Below are positions 39,117 through 48,924 of a DNA stretch of 64,000 nt, piece after piece. This DNA comes from Paracoccaceae bacterium (GTDB lineage Bacteria > Pseudomonadota > Alphaproteobacteria > Rhodobacterales > Rhodobacteraceae). A model generated the notes under the pieces. That model worked only from the letters and a program-made list of their open reading frames with translations. It did no database searches and was not told the DNA's origin. The stretch covers positions 1,438,209 to 1,502,208 of the forward strand of contig OZ254079.1 of the NCBI GenBank assembly GCA_965267475.1, in the 5' to 3' direction. Numbering within the stretch: the stretch's first letter is position 1; each line of letters begins with the position of its first letter. A program made the translations under genes and the position numbers.

Positions 39117-39586
39117 TTGGACCAAAAGCGGTAACTGTCCAGACCTCGAACCCGCGCATGCGTGCGTCGCGACCCGGCCTCGTGCATTAGGGCGGGCGCG
39201 ATATCTTACATGTCCAAGAAGGTTGGAATAATTGAGCCTATGAGTGGGCGCGGTGCAAATTGATCCGGCCACCCTCGGCCCCGGGCGCTGCTGCTAAGTG
39301 GGACGGCGTCTCGTTCCTTCCGATGGATGGGCCTGCGGATACCTCAGCTTCCCGCCAAGACCGTGGGTGCCAAACATGAGCGCCCGAACGAGACGCCTTA
39401 AAGTTTATCCGCGGGTGGCTAGCCGAAAATGCGGGCCCGGGTGTTGGGTTTGAGCCAATCCAGACGCGCATTTCAATCGCCGTTTGCGGTCCTACTTAAT
39501 TGCCCAAGCAGGCAGCTTTTCACTTCTTACCCCGTTCCCTTTCGGACGCTCCAGTTGAAGGCAATTTCAACTGCTTCTAGTCAGGG

Positions 39587-39615
39587 AGAAAGAAAACAGC
39601 CTTCAAAACAAGGCT
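39587..39615 (-). terminator. rho-independent terminator downstream of parE
   Basis: Minus strand reads agcctt-gttttg-aaggct followed by gttttctttct. Confidence 0.6.
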
Positions 39616-39688
39616 CCGTTCTCCCGGACTTATCCGGGTAAGTCGGATTTAGTCACACATCATCTTGTATTCAAGGTGTGAGAAACCA

Positions 39689-41647
39689 CTAAACATCCAA
39701 CTCCTCCACGAACCGGGCGTTCTCCTGGATGTATTGGAACCTGAGTTCCGGCTTCTTCCCCATCAGACGCTCGACAAGGTCTCCGGTCTCGCCCGGCTCA
39801 TCCTCGTCAATCGTCACGCGGATCAGGGTGCGGGAGGCCGGGTCCATCGTCGTTTCTTTCAGGTCCTTGGCGTCCATCTCGCCCAGGCCCTTGAAGCGGG
39901 ACGAGTCAATCTTGCCCTTGCCGCCCAGACCCTTGGCAAGCCACTCGTCGCGTTCAGCCTCATCCAGGCAATAGACGCGTTTGGCCCCTTGCGTCAGCCG
40001 GAAGAGCGGCGGGCAGGCGAGATACAAGTGCCCCTTGTCGATCAGCCCGCGCATCTGGGTGAAGAAAAACGTCATGAGAAGCGAGGCGATATGCGCCCCG
40101 TCGACATCGGCGTCGGTCATGATGATGACCTTGTCATAGCGCAGGTCATCGACGTTGAACCGCGTGCCCATGCCGCAGCCCAAGGCCTGGGTCAGGTCCG
40201 AGATCTCTTTGTTTTCGCTCAGTTTCCCCGATGCAGCGCCCAAGACGTTCAGGATCTTGCCGCGCAGGGGCAAAAGGGCCTGGGTCTTTCGGTCGCGCGC
40301 CATCTTGGCGGACCCGCCGGCGCTGTCGCCCTCAACCAGAAATATTTCGGTCCCGTCGCGGGTCGAGGTCGAGCAATCGACCAGCTTACCCGGAAGGCGC
40401 AGTTTCTTGGTGGCCGATTTCCGCGCGGTTTCCTTTTCCTGGCGGCGGCGGATGCGTTCTTCGGCCCGGAGCACGAGAAAATCGAGGATCGCGCCCGCCG
40501 ATTTCGTGTCGGCGGCCAGCCAGTTGTCGAAATGGTCGCGGACGGCCCCTTCGACCATCTTCTGCGCGCTTTCATTCGACAGCCGGTCCTTGGTCTGGCC
40601 CACATATTGCGGATCGCGGATGAAGACCGAGACAAGCGCCGCGCCGCCCGTGATCAGGTCGTCGCGGTTGATCTGCTTGGCCTTCTTGTTCGAGACGCGT
40701 TCGCCGTAGTCGCGGATGCCCTTCAGGATTGCCGACCAGAAACCGCCTTCATGGGTGCCGCCCTCGGGCGTCGGAACCGTGTTGCAATAGGACTGGATGA
40801 ACCCATCGCGCGAGGGCGTCCAGTTGATCGCCCATTCGACCTTGCCGGTCTCATTGAACTTTTCCTTGAAATCGACGCTGCCGGAAAAGGGCCGATCGGC
40901 ATAGGTTGTGGCGCCGTCCAGCGCCTCGGTCAGGTAATCCGACAAACCGCCCGGAAAGTGGAACTTCGCCTCGGTCGGTGTTTCGCCGTCATCGATGGCC
41001 GACTTCCATCGGATCTCGACGCCCGAAAAGAGATAGGCCTTGGATCGTGCCATCTTGAACAGGCGCGCCGGTTTCAGCTGAAGCGATCCGAAGATCTCGG
41101 GGTCCGGATGGAAGGTGACGGACGTCCCGCGGCGGTTCGGGGCGGCGCCGATCTTTTCAAGCTTGGTCTGGGGCACGCCGCGGATGAACTCCATCCCGAC
41201 CAGTTCTTTGTCGCGGGCCACTTCGACCCGAAGATGGTCTGACAGCGCGTTAACCACAGACGAGCCGACCCCGTTCAATCCGCCCGAGGTTTCATAGTTG
41301 TCGCCAGAGAACTTGCCGCCCGCGTTCAGCGTGCAAAAGATGATCTCAAGCGCCGACTTGGTGGGGTCTTTCGGGTGCGGATCGGTGGGGATACCGCGCC
41401 CGTTGTCGCGGATCGTCACCGACCGGTCTTCGTGCAGTTCGACCGATATCCAGTTGGCATGGCCCGCTACGGCTTCGTCCATCGAGTTGTCGATGATCTC
41501 GGCCACCATGTGGTGCAGGGCGCGGTCATCGGTTCCGCCGATATACATGCCGGGTCTCAGCCGCACATGCTCCATATCCTCAAGGATCTGGATGCTTGAG
41601 GCATCATAGGTGTCCGCGCCGCGTGCGGTGAGAAGATCGTCGGCCAT
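39689..41647 (-). CDS. parE: DNA topoisomerase IV subunit B
   Basis: 652 aa. GHKL ATPase motifs (ALHHMVAEIIDNSMDEA, GGLNGVGSSVVNALS) and Toprim motifs EGDSAGGS and PLRGKILNV. The length fits ParE, not the ~800-aa GyrB. Confidence 0.88.
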   Translation of the reverse strand: MADDLLTARGADTYDASSIQILEDMEHVRLRPGMYIGGTDDRALHHMVAEIIDNSMDEAVAGHANWISVELHEDRSVTIRDNGRGIPTDPHPKDPTKSALEIIFCTLNAGGKFSGDNYETSGGLNGVGSSVVNALSDHLRVEVARDKELVGMEFIRGVPQTKLEKIGAAPNRRGTSVTFHPDPEIFGSLQLKPARLFKMARSKAYLFSGVEIRWKSAIDDGETPTEAKFHFPGGLSDYLTEALDGATTYADRPFSGSVDFKEKFNETGKVEWAINWTPSRDGFIQSYCNTVPTPEGGTHEGGFWSAILKGIRDYGERVSNKKAKQINRDDLITGGAALVSVFIRDPQYVGQTKDRLSNESAQKMVEGAVRDHFDNWLAADTKSAGAILDFLVLRAEERIRRRQEKETARKSATKKLRLPGKLVDCSTSTRDGTEIFLVEGDSAGGSAKMARDRKTQALLPLRGKILNVLGAASGKLSENKEISDLTQALGCGMGTRFNVDDLRYDKVIIMTDADVDGAHIASLLMTFFFTQMRGLIDKGHLYLACPPLFRLTQGAKRVYCLDEAERDEWLAKGLGGKGKIDSSRFKGLGEMDAKDLKETTMDPASRTLIRVTIDEDEPGETGDLVERLMGKKPELRFQYIQENARFVEELDV

Positions 41648-41785
41648 GGGCTGCTCTCATTCTTGTTTGGGCCATTTTGGCAGGTCGCGCGGGTCGGGGA
41701 AAGGGGCAGCGACCGTTTGATCCGGATCAAGGTATCGGCAAGGGCGTTTCGGTAAAATGGCGGGTGACATGCAGGAGGATGGAAC

Positions 41786-42646
41786 ATGCCCGACGGAAAA
41801 CTGACCCTGGACGCACCGATCGCGGACCCGAATGCGGTGGAGGCGGGCACCTACCCGTATGACACCAAGCTGTCACGCCGCACGTATGAGACGCAGAAGG
41901 CCAAGTTGCAGGCTGAATTGCTGAAGGTGCAGCGCTGGGCGCAGGAGACGGGGCAGAAGTTCGTCCTGATCTTCGAAGGTCGGGACGCGGCGGGCAAAGG
42001 CGGCACGATCAAACGGTTTACCGAGCATCTGAACCCGCGCGCCGCGCGTGTCGTGGCACTGAACAAGCCATCGGACGAAGAACGCGGCCAGTGGTTCTTT
42101 CAGAGGTATATCAAAGGTTTGCCGACATCGGGCGAAATGGTGTTTTATGACCGGTCCTGGTACAACCGGGCCGGGGTCGAGCGTGTGATGGGGTTCTGCA
42201 CGCCGAACGAGTACCTGGAATTTATGCGCCAGACGCCAGAGATGGAGCGCATGCTCGTCCGGTCTGGCATACGGCTTTACAAATACTGGTTCTCGGTCAC
42301 GCAGGACGAACAGCACGCGCGGTTCAAAAGCCGCGAAACCGATCCGTTGAAACGGTGGAAGCTGAGCCCGATCGACAAGGCGTCTCTGAACAAATGGGAT
42401 GACTATACCGAAGCGAAAGAGGCGATGTTCTTCTATACGGACACAGCCGATGCGCCCTGGACCATCGTCAAATCCAACGACAAGAAGCGTGCGCGACTTG
42501 CCTGCATGATGTATTTCCTGAATTCGTTGGATTATCCGGGCAAGGACACCGCGCTGGTCAAGGCGCCTGATCCCTTGATTGTTGGGCCGGCAGAGCATGT
42601 CGTGCACCAATCAGACCATGCGTTGGGGCGATCGCTGCACCCTTAG
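41786..42646 (+). CDS. ppk2: polyphosphate kinase 2
   Basis: FEGRDAAGKGGTIKR Walker A, QRYIKGLPTSGEMVFYDRSWYNRAGVERVMGF, and WKLSPIDK, all typical PPK2 motifs. Confidence 0.9.
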   Translation: MPDGKLTLDAPIADPNAVEAGTYPYDTKLSRRTYETQKAKLQAELLKVQRWAQETGQKFVLIFEGRDAAGKGGTIKRFTEHLNPRAARVVALNKPSDEERGQWFFQRYIKGLPTSGEMVFYDRSWYNRAGVERVMGFCTPNEYLEFMRQTPEMERMLVRSGIRLYKYWFSVTQDEQHARFKSRETDPLKRWKLSPIDKASLNKWDDYTEAKEAMFFYTDTADAPWTIVKSNDKKRARLACMMYFLNSLDYPGKDTALVKAPDPLIVGPAEHVVHQSDHALGRSLHP

Positions 42647-42821
42647 GCGCGTTTCGCAATAGGCGGGCGACAGGTATCGCCTTTGGGGGTCAATCGGCGG
42701 GGCAATCGCGGATTGTTCGCCGAGACCGGTTCAATACAGAGAGGATTTGCCAGAAAACTTGCCGGATATGCCGGGATCTGCCACGCCGGGGCCCTGTTTT
42801 GTTACGAGTGAGGTTTCCGTC

Positions 42822-43553
42822 ATGTTGGCGCGGTCTCTATTCATTTCGGTTCTATTTGCATCCGCTGCCTCCTTGGCGAGCGCCGCAAGCGTCACTGTGA
42901 CCGACTTGCGCGCAAATCCGCAGGCTTATGCCAATTGGCTGGCCACAGCCGGGAGCACGATCACCGAAGATTTCGAAACCGCAGGCGCGGCCATGGGTGG
43001 ATCATCGGGTGCGGAACTGCCGGGCGCTCTGTCCACCGCGGTCGGTCAGTTTTCGACCATCGGCGGAACAGGGACTGGCGGCACGGTGAAAAAGGCCGGG
43101 TTCGCGAACACCGGGCAGGGTCTCGGGCTACGTCGCGGCAATGTCTATGGGCGGACAAACGATACACCCGGTGGGGCCTGGTTCCTCGATTCGAACGACA
43201 CCAAGGGCATGGCCTGGTCGGTTCAGCCCGGCGACAGCTTCCGTCAGATCGCCTTTACTTTGTCCGATATCTCGGATGTCGGTGCCAAGTTCTATCTTGA
43301 GGTAAACGGGTCGGTGCTTTGGTCATCGCTGAGCCGGTTGCGCGATGGGGCCAAGCGCTTCTTCGTCATCGATTTTGGATCGGTGATGTCGGACGCAGAT
43401 GACGTCCACATCGTGTTCCGGAATGACAGGCGGAACGATGGGTTCTCGATCGACAACGTGTCGGTCGCAACGACGCCCTTGCCGCCTGCAATGCTTCTTC
43501 TTTTGGCCGGGCTTGGGGGCCTGGCCGTCATGAAACGCCGGCAGACGTCATAA
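42822..43553 (+). CDS. secreted protein with VPLPA-CTERM-type sorting signal
   Basis: Signal peptide MLARSLFISVLFASAASLASA. The C-terminus is TPLPPAMLLLLAGLGGLAVMKRRQTS (motif + TM + basic tail), as in PEP-CTERM/VPLPA-CTERM exosortase substrates. Confidence 0.7.
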   Translation: MLARSLFISVLFASAASLASAASVTVTDLRANPQAYANWLATAGSTITEDFETAGAAMGGSSGAELPGALSTAVGQFSTIGGTGTGGTVKKAGFANTGQGLGLRRGNVYGRTNDTPGGAWFLDSNDTKGMAWSVQPGDSFRQIAFTLSDISDVGAKFYLEVNGSVLWSSLSRLRDGAKRFFVIDFGSVMSDADDVHIVFRNDRRNDGFSIDNVSVATTPLPPAMLLLLAGLGGLAVMKRRQTS

Positions 43554-43695
43554 CCCATTCCCAACTTCTGCCGGACGAACGCCCCTGGTCCCTGCCGACC
43601 AGGGGCGCTTGTCTTTCAGGGTCTGCCCGCCGCTAGACCCCATCGCTAAAGGCCCGGGCTTGCCCGGTCCGCGCGAAGGGCGTAAGGCCCCGCGC

Positions 43696-45075
43696 ATGAC
43701 CACATCGCCGGAACTTGCACCGTCCGCCAAATCGCGCGGGCATTTGCGCCCACTGCTGGTGCTGGGCCTGCCTTTGATCGGCAGCCATCTGGCGCAATTT
43801 GCCGTTACAACCACGGACACGGTGATGATCGGCTGGTACGATGTGGAGGCGCTGGGCGGTCTGGTGATCGCGGGATCGCTTTACTTCGTAACGTTCCTGG
43901 TCGGGTCCGGCTTTGCCTGGGCGGTGATGCCCATGGTGGCCAGCGCCCACGCGACGGGAGATGACCGCCAGGTCCGGCGCGTGACCCGCATGGGCATGTG
44001 GCTGTCGCTGGTCTTTGGCGCGTTCTTTATGCTGCCGATGTTCGTGGCCGAGCCGATATTTCTGGCGCTCGGGCAGGACGTCGAGGTGTCACGGCAAGCA
44101 GGTCTATACTTGTCGATTGCGGCCTGGGGTCTGATCCCGAACCTGATCCTTATGGTGTTGAAGAGCTTTCTGTCTGCCTTGGAGCGAACACAGGTGATCC
44201 TTTGGATCACCATCGGTTCGGCCGTGCTGAACGCCCTGGTCAACTATGCCTTGATATTCGGCAACTGGGGCGCGCCAGAACTGGGCATCCAGGGGGCGGC
44301 CATCGCTTCTGTCACGATCCAGGGGATCGGGATGCTTGTAACCGTGGCATATGTGAACCGCGTGACGCCCGAATACGCCCTTTTCCAGAACTTCCAACGC
44401 CCGGATTGGGAGGCGTTCGGCAAGGTCTTCCAGCTTGGTTGGCCGATTGGGCTGACCAGCCTTGCCGAGGTTGGTTTGTTCATGGTCTCGTCCCTGTTGA
44501 TGGGCCTGATCAGCACCACGGCGCTTGCGGCACATGGGATCGCGCTCAGCATCGCGTCGGCGACTTTCGTGATCCATCTGGGCCTTAGCCAGGCCGCGAC
44601 CGTTCGGGCTGGAAATGCCTTTGGCCGTCATGATGAGGCACATCTGAGGCGCGGTGCGCTTGTTGCGCTGGGCCTATCCATGTGCCTTGTCGTCGTGACC
44701 ATCATCTGTTTTCTGACATTTCCCGATTTTCTGATCGGTCTGTTTCTGGACCCGAGCGAACCGGACCGGGCGGCGATTATCGCCATCGGGACCGTCCTTC
44801 TGGCGCTTGCGGCTTTGTTCCAACTGACCGACGCGGCACAGGTGATGATGCTTGGCGTCCTACGGGGCGTTCAGGACACCCATGTGCCGATGATCATGGC
44901 GACGGTCAGCTATTGGGTCGTGGGCGGGCCGGCGGCCTATATTCTTGGCTTTCCGCTTGGGTTCGGAGCAGCCGGGATCTGGATTGGCCTGACGCTTGGT
45001 TTGTCGGTCGCGGCGGTTTTGCTCACTCATCGGTTCTGGACGAAAAGCTCGCATCTGAAAGCGCAAAATTTTTGA
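43696..45075 (+). CDS. MATE family efflux transporter
   Basis: About 460 aa and 12 TM segments. The N-terminus LRPLLVLGLPLIGSHLAQFAVTTTDTVMIG is typical of NorM-like MATE proteins. Confidence 0.85.
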   Translation: MTTSPELAPSAKSRGHLRPLLVLGLPLIGSHLAQFAVTTTDTVMIGWYDVEALGGLVIAGSLYFVTFLVGSGFAWAVMPMVASAHATGDDRQVRRVTRMGMWLSLVFGAFFMLPMFVAEPIFLALGQDVEVSRQAGLYLSIAAWGLIPNLILMVLKSFLSALERTQVILWITIGSAVLNALVNYALIFGNWGAPELGIQGAAIASVTIQGIGMLVTVAYVNRVTPEYALFQNFQRPDWEAFGKVFQLGWPIGLTSLAEVGLFMVSSLLMGLISTTALAAHGIALSIASATFVIHLGLSQAATVRAGNAFGRHDEAHLRRGALVALGLSMCLVVVTIICFLTFPDFLIGLFLDPSEPDRAAIIAIGTVLLALAALFQLTDAAQVMMLGVLRGVQDTHVPMIMATVSYWVVGGPAAYILGFPLGFGAAGIWIGLTLGLSVAAVLLTHRFWTKSSHLKAQNF

Positions 45076-45090
45076 AGGAAATTTTTTGGC

Positions 45091-45112
45091 AAATTTCTTG
45101 CTGCAAGAAATC
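45091..45112. terminator. AT-rich hairpin between convergent MATE and ptsP genes
   Basis: aaatttcttgc / gcaagaaatct (10 of 11 complementary), flanked by an attttttgg run. Possible bidirectional terminator. Confidence 0.4.
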
Positions 45113-45120
45113 TCCAGCGC

Positions 45121-47364
45121 TCAGCTTACAGTTCTTAACCAGGTCATCACCGCCGCGCGCACAGATTGGTCGCCCGAAGCGCGGGCCGTATCCACGACCT
45201 CTTTTGCCTCGCTCAGATCCACCCGCCGGATCAGGTTCTTGACCGGCCCGATTGAGGCGGGGCGCATGGACAGCTTGCGGATCCCCATTGTCGCAAGGCA
45301 AAGCGCTTCGACGGGACGCCCGGCGTCTTCGCCGCAGAAGCTGAGATCGGTCCCAGTGTCGATGCAGCGCTGCACGATCTGCTCGACGAAGGTCAGAAAC
45401 GACACGTTCAGCGTGTCATACCGGCGCCGGACCCGTTCGTTTTCGCGGTCCGCCGCAAAAAAGAACTGCTTCAGATCGTTGCCGCCGATCGAGATGAAAT
45501 CGGCCAGTTCGAAAAACTGACGCGGCGCAAAGGCGAGCGAGGGCGTCTCCAGCATCGCGCCGATCTCAAGATCCGCCGGCAGGGTGTGACCCAACCGCTT
45601 TTCCTGCGCGAGCGTGTCCAGCACCATCTGACGCCCGGCCTTGAACTCATCGAACTGGGCCACAAACGGGAACATGATCGTCAGCGGCCTGCCTTCGGCG
45701 GCGCGCATCAACGCCTGGATCTGCATCCGCATCATACCCGGCCGGTCGAGCCCGACCCGGATCGCGCGCCATCCCAGCGCCGGGTTCGGCTCATCCTGGG
45801 GCTTCATGTAAGGCAGCACCTTGTCGGACCCGATATCAAGGGTCCGAAATATCACGCGCTTGTCGCCCGCGGCGTCCATGACCCGCTTGTAAAGCGCTGC
45901 AAGATCGGCCCGCCTGGGCACCGTGTTTCGTGCCAGGAACTGAAGCTCGGTCCGGAACAGGCCCACCCCTTCGGCCCCCGAGGTCTCAAGCGAGGGCAGA
46001 TCCGCCATCAGCCCGGCATTCATCAAAAGCTCAATCTCGGTCCCGTCCTTGGACTGGGCCGGTTTGTCGCGGATCGAGCGATACCGTTCCTGCGCCTGGG
46101 CCTGCATCGCCATCTTGTCGCGAAAGGCCGTCACGACGGTGTCGTCGGGCCGAAGATGCACCACGCCCTGATCACCATCGACCATGATATGGTCGCCGTT
46201 CAGCGCTTCGGTTGTGATCCTTTTGGCATTGATGACAAGCGGGATCGCCCAGGCCCGCGCCACGATTGTGGCGTGGCTGCCGACCGATCCACCTTCCAGC
46301 ACGATACCTTTGAGCTTGCGCCCGTAATCCAGCAACTCACCCGGCCCGATATTGCGGGCGATGAGAATGGGGTTCTCGGGCATATCCGCCCCGGTATCCC
46401 GACCCTGGCCCGTCAGATGCCGCAAAAGCCTGTTGGACAGGTCATCCAGATCATGGAGCCGTTCGCGCAGATATGCGTCGCCAGACTGCTCCATCCGGGT
46501 CCTGGCCGAGGATTGCTCTTTTTCCACGGCCGCTTCGGCTGACAGCCCACCCTTGATGTCCTCTTCCATTCGGCGCAACCAACTGCGCGAATTGGCAAAC
46601 ATCCGATAGGCTTCCAGAACCTCTCGCTGATCCTTGTCGCCGGTCGACGCTGCCGACAGCATCTTGTCGACCGAATAGCGCAGTTCATCGACCGCCGCCT
46701 TCAGACGCTTGGCTTCAAACTCGGGATCATCGGCGAAGGGGTTGGTGACCACAACGCGGGGCTCGTGCAGCCAGACCTGGCCTTCTGCTGCACCTTCCTG
46801 ACCGATGCCGCCCCGGAACATCTCTGGCTGCTGGTGGCGTGCCGACAAGGCGGCGCCTTCCCCGACAAAAGCGCCAAGCTCGGTCATCTCGGCCAGAACC
46901 ATGGCAACGATTTCAAGCGCATAGACCTCGTCCGCCGTGAACTCGCGCGCTTCCTTCGACTGGACCACCAAAACGCCCAGGCGTTCGCCCAGCCGCTGAA
47001 TGGGCACGCCAAGGAAGCTGGTGAAGATCTCTTCGCCGGTTTCCGGCATGAAGCGGAAGCCGCGATGTTGCGGGGCATTCGCCGTGTTGATCGGCCTGTT
47101 TCGGGCGGCGACCCGCCCGACCAGCCCTTCGCCCAGGCGCATTCGCGTCTTGTGGACCGCGTCCGGGTTAAGACCCTGCGTGGCGCAGAGTTCCAGTGTC
47201 TCGGCGTCGCGAAAAAGATAGATAGAGCAGACTTCGGTCCCGATGGATGACCCCACAAGCTCGGTGATCCGGTCAAGCCGCGCCTGACCCGCCTCGGACC
47301 CCGCCATGACCTCGCGCAGTCGGCCAAGCAGACGCCGGCTTTCACTTTCGGTGCGATCCGCCAT
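45121..47364 (-). CDS. ptsP: phosphoenolpyruvate--protein phosphotransferase, nitrogen PTS (EI-Ntr)
   Basis: 747 aa. N-terminal GAF domain, phosphohistidine region GGSVGSHATIVARA, and a C-terminal PEP-utilising TIM barrel. Confidence 0.9.
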   Translation of the reverse strand: MADRTESESRRLLGRLREVMAGSEAGQARLDRITELVGSSIGTEVCSIYLFRDAETLELCATQGLNPDAVHKTRMRLGEGLVGRVAARNRPINTANAPQHRGFRFMPETGEEIFTSFLGVPIQRLGERLGVLVVQSKEAREFTADEVYALEIVAMVLAEMTELGAFVGEGAALSARHQQPEMFRGGIGQEGAAEGQVWLHEPRVVVTNPFADDPEFEAKRLKAAVDELRYSVDKMLSAASTGDKDQREVLEAYRMFANSRSWLRRMEEDIKGGLSAEAAVEKEQSSARTRMEQSGDAYLRERLHDLDDLSNRLLRHLTGQGRDTGADMPENPILIARNIGPGELLDYGRKLKGIVLEGGSVGSHATIVARAWAIPLVINAKRITTEALNGDHIMVDGDQGVVHLRPDDTVVTAFRDKMAMQAQAQERYRSIRDKPAQSKDGTEIELLMNAGLMADLPSLETSGAEGVGLFRTELQFLARNTVPRRADLAALYKRVMDAAGDKRVIFRTLDIGSDKVLPYMKPQDEPNPALGWRAIRVGLDRPGMMRMQIQALMRAAEGRPLTIMFPFVAQFDEFKAGRQMVLDTLAQEKRLGHTLPADLEIGAMLETPSLAFAPRQFFELADFISIGGNDLKQFFFAADRENERVRRRYDTLNVSFLTFVEQIVQRCIDTGTDLSFCGEDAGRPVEALCLATMGIRKLSMRPASIGPVKNLIRRVDLSEAKEVVDTARASGDQSVRAAVMTWLRTVS

Positions 47365-47474
47365 GGGGTTTCGCCATCCTCCCGGGACCGGTCCCTTCTG
47401 GACCGGCGCCTGAGTCTAATCACAGGGCGAAGGCGAGTGAAACGAATTTTGCAGGGCGCGCGCGGAGGCCCGCC

Positions 47475-48713
47475 TTAGGCAGCCTTTTCCAATCCAAACG
47501 CGTCGTGCAGCGCCTGGACAGCAAGCTCCAGATACTTGCGGTCGATCAGGACCGAAATTTTGATCTCGGAGGTGGTGATCACTTTGATATTGATCCCTTC
47601 GTCGCGAAGCGACCGGAACATTTCGCTCGCCACACCGGCATGGGACCGCATACCGATCCCGACGACCGAAACCTTTGCAACATCCGTATCCGCCACAAGA
47701 TCATGGAAGTTGATCTCGCCCGAAGCCTTGGCCTCCATCATGGCTTTTTCCGCGCGGGCCACCTGATCGGTCGGGCAGGAAAAGGTCATGTCGGTGCGGC
47801 CTTCTTCCGAGATGTTTTGCACGATCATGTCCACATTGACGCCCGCGTCGGCCAGGGGTCCAAAGATCGCGGCGGCAATGCCTGGACGGTCGGCCACGGA
47901 TATCAGCGTCATCTTGGCTTCATCCCGGCTATAGGCGACACCGGCCACAACGTTCTTTTCCACGATATCCTCCTCCGCACAGACAAGCGTGCCCGCATGT
48001 TCGTCGTTGTCCTCAAAGCTCGACAAAACCCTGAGACGCACATTGTACCGCATGGCAAGTTCGACCGACCGCGTCTGCAAGACCTTGGCGCCCAGCGATG
48101 CCAGTTCCAGCATTTCCTCGAACGCGATCTTGTCGAGTTTCCGGGCCTTATCGGCCACCCGCGGGTCGGTCGTATAGACCCCGTCCACATCCGTATAAAT
48201 GTCGCACCGCTCGGCGCCGAAGGCCGCAGCAAATGCGACCGCCGTCGTGTCCGAGCCGCCCCGTCCAAGCGTCGTGATCCGTCCCTCCGGACTGATCCCC
48301 TGGAAGCCGGCAACCACGGCAACTTTCATGCCCTCGTCGAATTTTGACATCAGGTTCTCGGTCGGGATCTCTTCGATGCGCGCCGCGCCATGGGCCGAAG
48401 TTGTCTTCAGCGGCACCTGCCAGCCCTGCCAAGATCGCGCGGGCACATCCATTTCCTGCAAGGTCAGCGCCATCAGACCAGCTGTCACATTCTCGCCTGA
48501 GGATACGACCGCATCGTATTCGCGCGCATCGAACAGGGGTGACGTATCCTGCACCCAGCCCACAAGCTCGTTGGTCTTGCCCGACATGGCCGAGACAATG
48601 ACGATCACATCATAGCCCGCGGCAACTTCTCGGCCTACGCGTTTCGCCGCCCGCTTGATCCTGTCGAGCGTCGCGACCGACGTGCCGCCGAATTTCATGA
48701 CTAGGATCGGCAT
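47475..48713 (-). CDS. lysC: aspartate kinase
   Basis: MPILVMKFGGTSVATLDRIKRAA N-terminus, 412 aa, and C-terminal tandem ACT domains. Confidence 0.93.
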   Translation of the reverse strand: MPILVMKFGGTSVATLDRIKRAAKRVGREVAAGYDVIVIVSAMSGKTNELVGWVQDTSPLFDAREYDAVVSSGENVTAGLMALTLQEMDVPARSWQGWQVPLKTTSAHGAARIEEIPTENLMSKFDEGMKVAVVAGFQGISPEGRITTLGRGGSDTTAVAFAAAFGAERCDIYTDVDGVYTTDPRVADKARKLDKIAFEEMLELASLGAKVLQTRSVELAMRYNVRLRVLSSFEDNDEHAGTLVCAEEDIVEKNVVAGVAYSRDEAKMTLISVADRPGIAAAIFGPLADAGVNVDMIVQNISEEGRTDMTFSCPTDQVARAEKAMMEAKASGEINFHDLVADTDVAKVSVVGIGMRSHAGVASEMFRSLRDEGINIKVITTSEIKISVLIDRKYLELAVQALHDAFGLEKAA

Positions 48714-48924
48714 ATTGGCCCTTCCCGCAAACCCGTCGCCTGATAGGCGAGCGCGGGCCCAAGGGCAAGCCGGTGCGCGCGCTCTGCTTTCATCTTGGCA
48801 AAAATACTCAAGGCACCGACCGCGCAGTCCCGAGATGCCGCAACGGTCCGGGCGCCGTCCCCAATCGCACGAAGTGCCAGAAGGTGTGCGGCCGAAGGTC
48901 GCTCAATATGATAACGGTTTTCCC

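Noticed and set aside
39263-39430. Tested by eye whether the structured intergenic element is RNase P RNA, SRP/4.5S RNA, tmRNA, 6S RNA, or a cobalamin or TPP riboswitch.
   Set aside because: None of the conserved cores is present. The cores checked were GAGGAAAGUCCGGGC / ACAGAACCCGGCUUA, GGUCCGGAAGGAAGCAGCC, a tRNA-like GGUUCGAAUCC end, the B12 box and CUGAGA…ACCUGA. It is kept only as an unclassified structure in the findings.
39689-41647. Considered calling this gene gyrB.
   Set aside because: It is 652 aa and lacks the roughly 150-aa insertion typical of proteobacterial GyrB. The length and motifs fit topoisomerase IV subunit B (ParE).
48714-48924. Looked for a lysine riboswitch or attenuator in the lysC upstream region.
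   Set aside because: I could not recognise L-box core motifs or a convincing terminator/antiterminator pair. There is nothing I can support.
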